Of a stretch of 32,000 nt of DNA, positions 19,521-32,000 are shown piece by piece. A program made the position numbers and the translations under genes. Position 1 is the first letter of the stretch; each line of letters opens with the position of its first letter. Origin of the DNA: Pseudoalteromonas translucida KMM 520 (GTDB taxonomy: Bacteria; Pseudomonadota; Gammaproteobacteria; Enterobacterales; Alteromonadaceae); NCBI RefSeq assembly GCF_001465295.1, contig NZ_CP011034.1:240001-272000 (forward strand). Direction: 5' to 3'. The notes under the pieces were generated by a model that searched no databases, was not told the origin of the DNA, and was given only the letters and a program-made list of their open reading frames with translations.

Positions 19521-19687
19521 TAACGCTATAACCTTATCTTTGAGAGCTGTTTATCGGCGCTATTGTAGGGAGCGAGATGTATTTGTCTAGTTTTGATGAA
19601 ATATATATTGGTTTTTTTTTGAGCATCTAGCTACAGAAATAACTTACACTGCCGATAAGTAAGGCAAGCATAGATAGGAGTCGGATC

Positions 19688-20815
19688 ATGAAAATCGGTA
19701 ACTTTGGCTTTGTTCCAAACCACAATATTAATAAATACGGTAATAAAGGGGCTTTACAGCAACCTACAATACAGTCGCCTCAAGATAACTATCAGCAGCG
19801 CGGTAAAGAACTTGCTGCCAAAGTGCTCGGTGACAAAATGGCTCAAGCTCTTGGCTTACCGATAAGCGAGCCAAAAAAAGATAAACCGCTTTTTGATTTT
19901 GATGAAATCGTTAAAAACGTTTTAGACTTCGTTACCAGTGCAGTACGTAAAGCAAAAGCCAACGGTGCCGACGATGAAAAACTCAAAGGTATGTTAGGTG
20001 ATGCTAGAAAAGGCGTGCAAATAGGGATTGATGACGCGGTTGATGAATTAAAAGGCAGTGGCGTGTTTAACGACGATATCGCACAGGGTATTAATAAATC
20101 TAAAGAAGGCATATTTCATGGCCTGGACAAATTTGAAGACGATTTATTTAATCCTAAACCCGCCAGTGTCTCTGTTAGCCAAGCTCAGTATGCAAGTTTA
20201 AGTAACAAAGCAGAATATAAATTTACTACCGCCGAAGGAGACGAAGTGAGTATTCGTTTTGCTGATGCTTATGAGTCACAATCAGCCAGCCGTTATCAGC
20301 AAAATGGGAATGGTGAATCTTTTGTAAGTGAGTCGTCGCAGTCTCGTGAGCTGTCATTTTCTATGTCGGTTAATGGCGATTTAAATGAGAATGAACAAAA
20401 GGCGATTAATGAGCTAATGGCTGACTTACAAAGTGTAAGTAGCACCTTTTTCAGTGGTGACTTAGACAAAGCATTTGAAGAGGCACAAGCACTAAGCTTA
20501 GGCAACGAACAGCTGGTGGCTTTTTCAATGGATTTACGACAAACCAAAACAGTCGCTGCAGTCAAAGGTTACGAAGAGTACAAGCCAGTTCCAGAAAAAG
20601 CAGTGGCAGATAAATTAGCGCCGTTTAACGACGACTTAAAAGCTGTGTTTAATAAAGCCACAGAGCTGGGCATACAAAATCAGTTATCCGGTATTATGCA
20701 GTGGTTAAATCAAGATCAAGCAGAAATAGATAAATTGGTAGATTACACCAAAGCTATGTTCGAAAACCTTAATCAATTAAATATAGCAACGGACGAGCTA
20801 ACCAATCAACAATAG
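19688..20815 (+). CDS. Acidic, Asn/Gln/Asp/Glu-rich protein of unknown function
   Basis: 375-aa uninterrupted ORF with an SD (ataggag) 7 nt upstream of the ATG. No signal peptide, TM segment or catalytic motif that I recognise. The FDFDEIVKNVLDFV segment may correspond to a DUF family (possibly DUF5610), which I could not verify. Confidence 0.6.
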   Translation: MKIGNFGFVPNHNINKYGNKGALQQPTIQSPQDNYQQRGKELAAKVLGDKMAQALGLPISEPKKDKPLFDFDEIVKNVLDFVTSAVRKAKANGADDEKLKGMLGDARKGVQIGIDDAVDELKGSGVFNDDIAQGINKSKEGIFHGLDKFEDDLFNPKPASVSVSQAQYASLSNKAEYKFTTAEGDEVSIRFADAYESQSASRYQQNGNGESFVSESSQSRELSFSMSVNGDLNENEQKAINELMADLQSVSSTFFSGDLDKAFEEAQALSLGNEQLVAFSMDLRQTKTVAAVKGYEEYKPVPEKAVADKLAPFNDDLKAVFNKATELGIQNQLSGIMQWLNQDQAEIDKLVDYTKAMFENLNQLNIATDELTNQQ

Positions 20816-20892
20816 TTGCACCATTAAACTACTTTCTTTTATAAAAATCACATGGCAAACTGCCGTTCTTAACTTAGAGTAAGGACAGTAGT

Positions 20893-21693
20893 TTGTCAGC
20901 GCACATAATGGTTTTTGATTCAGGTATTGGTGGTACTACGGTACTTGAACATATTCAGCAAAGTATTCCAGATGCGCAATACAGCTATTTTATGGATAAT
21001 GCGCTATTGCCGTACGGCGCTCAGTCACAGCAAACTATTATTAACCGCTTATGTGCACTCATTCATTTTATTAACCAGCAAACGCTTAATGTAGATTTAA
21101 TTGTTATTGCATGTAACACCGCCTCTACTTCAGCTCTGGGGGCGGTACGCCAAATTACTACTATTCCTATAGTGGGTGTAGTACCCGCGATAAAACCTGC
21201 TGCGCAACTTACACAATCTAAACATATCGGCCTACTGGCAACTCCAGCAACTATATCAAGTCCCTACACGCACACGCTTATACAAGAACATGCCGACAAT
21301 ATAGCTGTTAGCTTATATAGTAGTGTTGAACTAGTTACTTTAGCAGAGCATCTGTTTTTTGAACAAAGCTTAGATACAACTAAACTGTACCAAGAACTCG
21401 ATCGTTTAAACATAGATCAGTCTATAGATGTATTAGTATTAGGCTGTACGCATTTTCCTATCTTGGCAGAGCCGATTAGTCAGTACTTTAATAGGAAAGT
21501 GCAGCTACTTGATTCCGGTGCAGCGATTGCTAAGCGAGTTCATTACTTAATTAGCCAGCTTAATTTAACGAATAACAATATTGCAGATACAAAAAAGCCG
21601 CTGCAATATTATGCAACGGCTAGTGTGAGTAGTCGTAAGTTAGCTGTAAAGCTAGTTACACTGATTGATCCGGCTCAGAACGAAGAGCGTTAG
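20893..21693 (+). CDS. murI: Glutamate racemase
   Basis: Motifs VFDSGIGG, ACNTAS and GCTHFP. TTG start at 20893 with aagga 6-7 nt upstream. The ATG at 20908 is an alternative start. Confidence 0.9.
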   Translation: MSAHIMVFDSGIGGTTVLEHIQQSIPDAQYSYFMDNALLPYGAQSQQTIINRLCALIHFINQQTLNVDLIVIACNTASTSALGAVRQITTIPIVGVVPAIKPAAQLTQSKHIGLLATPATISSPYTHTLIQEHADNIAVSLYSSVELVTLAEHLFFEQSLDTTKLYQELDRLNIDQSIDVLVLGCTHFPILAEPISQYFNRKVQLLDSGAAIAKRVHYLISQLNLTNNNIADTKKPLQYYATASVSSRKLAVKLVTLIDPAQNEER

Positions 21694-22135
21694 AATCATC
21701 TTCTTGTTTTTGTTTTGCTTCACGTACCTTTAAGGTACGTTGTTGGAACTCGCTATCGTTTAACTGCGCTATTGCATTGTCGGCATCAGCTTGCGCCATT
21801 TCAACAAAACCAAAGCCACGACGCTTGCCTGTATTTTTGTCCTTTAATAAGCGAACGTTGAACACTTTGCCTTGCTCTTCAAATAAAGCACGTACCACAC
21901 CTTCGTTTGCACGATAAGGAAGGTTACCAACGTAAAGCGTTTTGGTTTTTACTTCGGCTTCTACTACACCGTCAGACGACATCGCAGCAATAACAATACC
22001 ACCAATGAGCAAACCAACAGCAAATAGTAGTGCAGGGTCTAACTCTAGGCTTTTAAGTGCGAACTTAACTATAACAAAACCAACAACAGCAAGAATAACT
22101 GAGAGGATAAAAGATTTTTGATCGGGTAATTTCAT
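21656..22135 (-). CDS. RRM-domain RNA-binding protein with an N-terminal extension of two hydrophobic segments
   Basis: RNP-2 LYVGNL and RNP-1 RGFGFVEM. N-terminal segments FILSVILAVVGFVIVKFAL and ALLFAVGLLIGGIVIAAM. An internal Met52 would instead give a 108-aa soluble RRM protein. Confidence 0.75.
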   Translation of the reverse strand: MKLPDQKSFILSVILAVVGFVIVKFALKSLELDPALLFAVGLLIGGIVIAAMSSDGVVEAEVKTKTLYVGNLPYRANEGVVRALFEEQGKVFNVRLLKDKNTGKRRGFGFVEMAQADADNAIAQLNDSEFQQRTLKVREAKQKQEDDSNALRSEPDQSV

Positions 22136-22339
22136 TTTGATCTACCAATAAACAGGAAATAAACATTAATTTAACATTGTGAACTTGCTATCTTAACGTC
22201 TTAATTCAACATAGCAATAAAATTTATAGTAAATAATATAAAACGGGGTGAAAAAGCATCGTTTTATACATGTTTTTATCATGTTTCACCTGCTATCGAT
22301 TACATTTTGTTCGAACAGTGAAAAGATCTAAAAAAAGGC

Positions 22340-22367
22340 TTGATCTGTTTTCGGATCTCCCTATAAT
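22340..22367 (+). promoter_or_regulatory. rrn P1-like promoter
   Basis: TTGATC, 16 nt spacer, TATAAT. An upstream A-tract (tctaaaaaaagg) could serve as an UP element, and the discriminator gcgacccc is GC-rich. Confidence 0.7.
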
Positions 22368-22476
22368 GCGACCCCACTGAGAAGGGAAACGCCGAAGCAT
22401 AGCAAGGCACGAACTACTTAGAGAGTTAAATAAAACTTCGGTTTTAAATTGTCGAAAGAAAGTTTAAAACAAAGTG

Positions 22477-22504
22477 TTGACTCGAAAAATAAAGGATGTA
22501 TTAT
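22477..22504 (+). promoter_or_regulatory. rrn P2-like promoter
   Basis: TTGACT, 16 nt spacer, TATTAT, about 135 nt downstream of P1. This matches the tandem rrn promoter layout. Confidence 0.65.
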
Positions 22505-22537
22505 ACGCATCCCTTGAGACGCTAAAGCGACTCAAAA

Positions 22538-22550
22538 CGTTCTTTAACAA
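22538..22550 (+). promoter_or_regulatory. Leader boxA antitermination element
   Basis: cgttctttaacaa compared with the consensus TGCTCTTTAACAA. Confidence 0.65.
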
Positions 22551-22777
22551 TATAAAGCAATCATCTGTGTGGGCACTCGTACAGATTGAGTTCTAACAGC
22601 CAAACTACTTACTCTTTATGGGTAATTAGCGAGGCAAAAAAATTAGAGTCTCAATTGAAAACTGAGTGACCAACAGAATAGTTATTTCGGTAATTATTCG
22701 GCACAGTCAATTCAATATCGAAAGATATTAAAATAAATTCAGAATTCATTGAGCTGTCGAAAGACATAAAACTTTTT

Positions 22778-24312
<1,535 letters not shown>

Positions 24313-24388
24313 TACGATTTAGAACTTATTTGTTCGTAGTGTCCACACAGATGATTGTTAATTGTAAAGAGAACAACACTTATTGTTT

Positions 24389-24465
<77 letters not shown>

Positions 24466-24576
24466 CTTTACTCCCATACATCGTTATGGAATATCTCGTT
24501 TAGTAAACTAAACGTCGATTTCCCACGCCTTGCCTGGAAGCAAAGTCGGTATACAAACAGTAAGACCAGCATATGT

Positions 24577-24652
24577 GGGGCTATAGCTCAGCTGGGAGAG
24601 CGCCTGCCTTGCACGCAGGAGGTCAGCAGTTCGATCCTGCTTAGCTCCACCA
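24577..24652 (+). tRNA. alaT: tRNA-Ala (TGC)
   Basis: ggggctatagctcagctgggagagcgcctgcctTGCacgcaggaggtcagcagttcgatcctgcttagctccacca, with the G3:U70 identity pair present. Confidence 0.95.
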
Positions 24653-24741
24653 CTTTACTTCTTAAAAATAAATATTCTTTATCGGGTCATAAACGACCTG
24701 AGAATGAAGTGTGTTTAATTTTGAGAAGTTTTTATTTCTCT

Positions 24742-24754
24742 TGCTCTTTAAAAA
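24742..24754 (+). promoter_or_regulatory. Spacer boxA antitermination element
   Basis: tgctctttaaaaa upstream of the 23S gene. Confidence 0.65.
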
Positions 24755-24958
24755 TTTGGAAAAGCTGATAATAAAATTCTGATGAATACATTGTATTTAT
24801 CAAGAGTTTTCAAAAGTAAAAAAAGAATGGTAGCAGTACCATTCAGTGCCATTTAGTTAACTCTTATGAGTTGATTGATTGGTATCTACTTTAGTATTCA
24901 ATATTGACTTCTGGCGAAGTTAAACTGTCACACAACAAAGACCCGTTTGGGGTTGTAT

Positions 24959-27847
<2,889 letters not shown>

Positions 27848-27992
27848 ACAACGCCAAACGCGTTTTATGTGACAGTTCAAGCAAGAAGTTAATATAACTA
27901 AAGTAGATATTACTGAAGAACGACTTAAAAAATATTATCAGATATTTTCCAAATTCAGTTAATTTGTAGTAATACGAATTAACGCCCTAATT

Positions 27993-28110
27993 TGCTTGGT
28001 AACAATAGCGTTTTGGACCCACCTGATCCCATGCCGAACTCAGTAGTGAAACGAAACAGCGCCGATGATAGTGTAGCATTTGCTATGTGAAAGTAGGACA
28101 TTGCCAGGCT
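27993..28110 (+). rRNA. rrf: 5S ribosomal RNA
   Basis: tgcttggtaacaatagcg...ccgaactcagtagtgaaacg...gccgatgatagtgtagc...cattgccaggct aligns along its full length to the E. coli 5S pattern. Confidence 0.93.
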
Positions 28111-28121
28111 CCAAATTGTAG

Positions 28122-28152
28122 AAAGCCCGAATCTAACGATTCGGGCTTTTTT
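28122..28152 (+). terminator. rrn operon terminator
   Basis: aaagcccgaatc-taac-gattcgggcttt: a 12-bp stem running into a T tract. Confidence 0.85.
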
Positions 28153-28267
28153 ACGTCTGCAGAAAAGTGAGGGTAGTGCAATTAATGTACACTCAGTTCC
28201 TCCTAACACGCAGGTTGGGCAAGCAACGCGACACCCGACACTCAAATCATAAAAATATAACCACTAG

Positions 28268-28333
28268 CCAATGGGTGTGTCGCATTTGCTACGTGACTCT
28301 CTACCGCTGTGGACACAACGACATTACCAGGCT
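28268..28333 (+). pseudogene. Truncated, degenerate 5S rRNA 3' fragment
   Basis: ccaatgggtgtgtcgcatttgctacgtg...acattaccaggct parallels 5S positions ccgatgatagtgtagcatttgctatgtg...acattgccaggct. It carries a roughly 17-nt insertion and lacks the 5' part of the 5S gene (about 60 nt). Confidence 0.6.
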
Positions 28334-28344
28334 CCAAATTGTAG

Positions 28345-28376
28345 AAAGCCCGAATCTAACGATTTGGGCTTTTTTA
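28345..28376 (+). terminator. Second, slightly degraded copy of the rrn terminator
   Basis: aaagcccgaatc-taac-gatttgggcttttttt. One C-to-T change makes a G:U pair in the stem. Confidence 0.6.
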
Positions 28377-28746
28377 CGTCTGCAGGAAAGTGAAATGAGG
28401 GTGAATAATGTACACTCACATCCCCCTAACAATTAAGTCGGGCGAACGTAGCGAATCCCGACGATAAAGAGCATCAAAAATAGCTCAAGGAGCCTGTAGC
28501 CTTTCTACAGGGTAGCGCACCGATGCCAAGTACTATTAGTTATTAAGTGAGTAGATTTATCCATGATCATACTTGCTCAACTGGATTGAGCTCTGGGAAA
28601 TATGGAGATAAGAGTATCACTGGCAGGTTTTTACTCACCTATCAATGATGATGTCTTACGTTACTAGCAAGTGACCACTGGGCGCTGTCTGGATAGCATC
28701 TGTGGTAATTAGCAGTTGCCGTATAATATTCTTACTGAGAGGAGCT

Positions 28747-28842
28747 ATGATTGCTTCTGTTTTACCTGTTACAGGGTATACTGCACCAAAATACGGTTTT
28801 ACCTACGCCAAGCAGTTTATCGGGCTTAGTGGCCTGCACTAA
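28747..28842 (+). CDS. Candidate 31-codon small ORF (MIASVLPVTGYTAPKYGFTYAKQFIGLSGLH)
   Basis: Strong SD gagaggag 3 nt before the ATG. TATAAT at 28722-28727. A hairpin plus T-run at 28967-28992 lies downstream. There is no homology evidence. Confidence 0.25.
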   Translation: MIASVLPVTGYTAPKYGFTYAKQFIGLSGLH

Positions 28843-28966
28843 TTATAAATTGGAATATTTAATGGGTTGCTGAAATTAACTTCCTGTTACTATCACGCTT
28901 AACAGTTAGTAAATTTATGGAAGTAATATTGTAAAAACGGTTTGAGCTAAAATAATAGCGCAAACT

Positions 28967-28992
28967 AAAAACCCAGCATGAGCTGGATTTTT
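28967..28992. terminator. Bidirectional terminator: rnk on the - strand, and possibly the sORF transcript on the + strand
   Basis: aaaaacccagc-atga-gctggattttt. T-runs follow the stem on both strands. It sits 44 nt downstream of the rnk stop. Confidence 0.6.
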
Positions 28993-29035
28993 AATTCATT
29001 TAATGCGCTAGGAGTTACTTATTAGCTACGTTAAA

Positions 29036-29449
29036 TTACCTATGTAGTTCGCCGACTCTTTCAGGCTGGTAGGTTACTTCTTTTATTTTTACTTTTATTA
29101 ACCCTCCACCAGGCTTAGGCCATTCAATTTCATCTCCTTGTGATAACCCAAGTAAAGCGCCGCCGATAGGGGCTAAAATTGATATTTTTTGGCCGCTAGC
29201 GTCAAGATCTTTCGGGTAGACAAGAGTTAAATTGAATTCTTCTTTTGAAGATTCTACAACAAAATTTACCGTCGAATTCATGGTAACTATAGTTGCTGGA
29301 ACGTCTTTAGGATCAACTATAGTTGCACGTCCTAATTCTGCTTCGAGTTCTTTTTCACCCGCAAAACTGTTTGCAGGTAATGATTCGATTAAATCATATA
29401 GTCTATCTGCATCTAGTGATGAGATGATTATTTCAGGTCTTTTATTCAA
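29036..29449 (-). CDS. rnk: Regulator of nucleoside diphosphate kinase (GreA/GreB C-terminal-domain family)
   Basis: The protein aligns to E. coli Rnk from P(E/T)IIIS.LDA.R through VTMNS.V.F...LVYP.......ISI.AP.G.ALLGL..GD.I.W..PGG....V.I.E..YQPE. A TTG at 29449 preceded by aagga gives MNKRPEIIIS (137 aa). The track's ATG at 29521 adds 24 residues with no counterpart in Rnk. Confidence 0.8.
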   Translation of the reverse strand: MNKRPEIIISSLDADRLYDLIESLPANSFAGEKELEAELGRATIVDPKDVPATIVTMNSTVNFVVESSKEEFNLTLVYPKDLDASGQKISILAPIGGALLGLSQGDEIEWPKPGGGLIKVKIKEVTYQPERVGELHR

Positions 29450-29631
29450 CTCAATATCCTTAATAATGTTTATGTAAATAAAACTTACTCTGAGTATGAT
29501 TCGGCATAAGCTTAATTGCACTAGAATACGTTGAAGTAATTTTTATTTGCAACTCAATAATCAACTATCTTAAGCAATAGTACTTAAGTGACTAAAGAGT
29601 ATAGTTAGTTTTTTATTTTTTCTATAACATT

Positions 29632-29659
29632 AAAAACCCAGCCGAGGCTGGGTTTTTTT
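29632..29659 (-). terminator. groEL terminator
   Basis: aaaaacccagc-cgag-gctgggttttttt, 24 nt after the groEL stop. Confidence 0.85.
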
Positions 29660-29682
29660 AACCGGGAGGTTTAGGAGGGGGT

Positions 29683-31329
<1,647 letters not shown>

Positions 31330-31374
31330 TTAAATTCCTCTAAATTCTTAAATGTTTATAAACGAAAAGTAGGT

Positions 31375-31662
31375 TTAGCCTACAATGCCTAAAATATTAT
31401 CTTCACGCATGATCAGGTACTCTTGACCTTCGATCTTTTCAACTTTCTCAACATATGAGCCAAATAACACAGTGTCACCGGCTTTAACTTCTAATGCTCT
31501 AACATCACCGCTTTCTAAAATGCGACCATTACCAACGGCAACAACTTCTCCGCGGGTTGATTTTTCAGCTGCAGAGCCAGTTAATACAATACCGCCAGCA
31601 GATTTTGTTTCTTCTTCTAGACGCTTAACGATCACGCGATCATGTAAAGGACGAATATTCAT
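31375..31662 (-). CDS. groS: Co-chaperonin GroES (Cpn10)
   Basis: 95 aa, [25 protein letters not shown]. Confidence 0.98.
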   Translation of the reverse strand: MNIRPLHDRVIVKRLEEETKSAGGIVLTGSAAEKSTRGEVVAVGNGRILESGDVRALEVKAGDTVLFGSYVEKVEKIEGQEYLIMREDNILGIVG

Positions 31663-31725
31663 TTATTTAGTTCTCCTAACAGTTTCTGCGAAGGGCAGAA
31701 AAAAGCTTATATTGGTTGCATTCAA

Positions 31726-31753
31726 TAATGGGGGTGTTACGCCAAAATCCAAG
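31726..31753 (-). promoter_or_regulatory. sigma32 (RpoH)-type heat-shock promoter of groES-groEL
   Basis: The - strand reads CTTGGAT-(13 nt)-CCCCATTA, compared with the consensus CTTGAAA-N13-17-CCCCATNT. It lies about 65 nt upstream of the groES ATG. Confidence 0.7.
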
Positions 31754-31769
31754 CGTAAAATTAAAAAAA

Positions 31770-32000
31770 TTAATCTTTTCGTTCAAACTCGCCATCTATG
31801 ATGGTCGGTTTGTTCACTTGATGAGGTTCTGCTTCAGTTTGACTGTGTTGGGTAAATGGTGAACCACCTTGTTGCATACCTGCACTCATACGTACAGTAG
31901 CTTGGCTAGCAAGGCCAGCTGCCAGTTTGTTGCGAATTACTGGGGTTAATAATAGTAGCCCAAAAACGTCGGTCATAATGCCAGGCGTTAACAATAATAC
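31770..32000 (-). CDS. fxsA: FxsA family inner-membrane protein, 3' part only (the 5' end lies beyond the window)
   Basis: The frame stays open to the window edge (...VLLLTPGIMTDVFGLLLLTPVIRNKL...), matching the conserved FxsA LLL.PG..TD..GLLLL.P..R motif. The track's start at 31994 is a TTG artefact. Confidence 0.7.
   Translation of the reverse strand, partial: VLLLTPGIMTDVFGLLLLTPVIRNKLAAGLASQATVRMSAGMQQGGSPFTQHSQTEAEPHQVNKPTIIDGEFERKD

Larger units (their letters stand above)
28071..28462 (+). repeat. Tandem direct repeat in two diverged copies. Each copy has a 5S 3' end, a terminator hairpin, a conserved spacer and a GC hairpin.
   Basis: Copy A is 28071-28239 and copy B is 28275-28462. 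Shared blocks are gcatttgcta.gtg, acatt.ccaggctccaaattgtagaaagcccgaatctaacgatt.gggcttttttacgtctgcag.aaagtga, aatgtacactca and g..gggc.a.c..gcga..cccgac. The offset is 206-223 nt. Confidence 0.8.

Noticed and set aside
19612-19620. T9 homopolymer upstream of the 375-aa ORF as a possible phase-variation tract.
   Set aside because: A 9-nt T run in AT-rich intergenic DNA is unremarkable. It is not placed between a recognisable -35 and -10 pair, and there is no other sign of contingency-locus behaviour.
19521-19687. Possible cobalamin riboswitch, as upstream of E. coli btuB, in the leader of the 375-aa ORF.
   Set aside because: I found no B12-box-like element (consensus around AGYCMGGAGACCKGCC) and no GC-rich multi-stem structure. 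The leader is short and AT-rich.
31663-31770. CIRCE (HrcA operator) element upstream of groES.
   Set aside because: No TTAGCACTC-N9-GAGTGCTAA-like inverted repeat is present. Only a short 7-bp hairpin (tttctgc-gaagg-gcagaaa, about 31683-31701) sits in the leader. The promoter fits sigma32 instead.

Overview
This window looks like about 40% GC gammaproteobacterial core chromosome. The 16S sequence and gene content suggest Pseudoalteromonas/Alteromonadales, but that is an inference I could not check against a database. Left to right it holds: the hslR-hslO heat-shock pair (-); a complete, tightly coupled type II secretion operon gspCDEFGHIJKLM-N (+, 1652-13076); a UPF0149/YecA-like gene; a TAATG-coupled pair of small unknown genes (-); a stand-alone ccoG; srkA(yihE) followed by two tandem DsbA paralogs (CPHC and CPAC); trmA (-); an unknown 375-aa acidic protein; murI; an RRM RNA-binding protein with a hydrophobic N-terminal extension (-); a full rRNA operon (P1/P2 promoters, boxA, 16S, tRNA-Ile-GAT, tRNA-Ala-TGC, 23S, 5S, terminator) followed by a decayed second copy of the 5S 3' end plus terminator; about 570 bp with no long ORF that contains a candidate 31-codon sORF unit; rnk (-); groES-groEL (-) with a sigma32-type promoter; and the 3' part of fxsA (-). 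I see no CRISPR array, transposase, integrase, phage gene or recognisable defence or toxin system. I cannot honestly claim a novel multi-gene system here. The points most worth a second look are the membrane-anchored RRM protein divergent from the rrn promoters, the unknown protein sitting where btuB sits in E. coli, the small coupled gene pair at 13734-14299, the 5S/terminator duplication, and the sORF unit next to it. Most other entries in the ORF track are antisense or rRNA-embedded artefacts.
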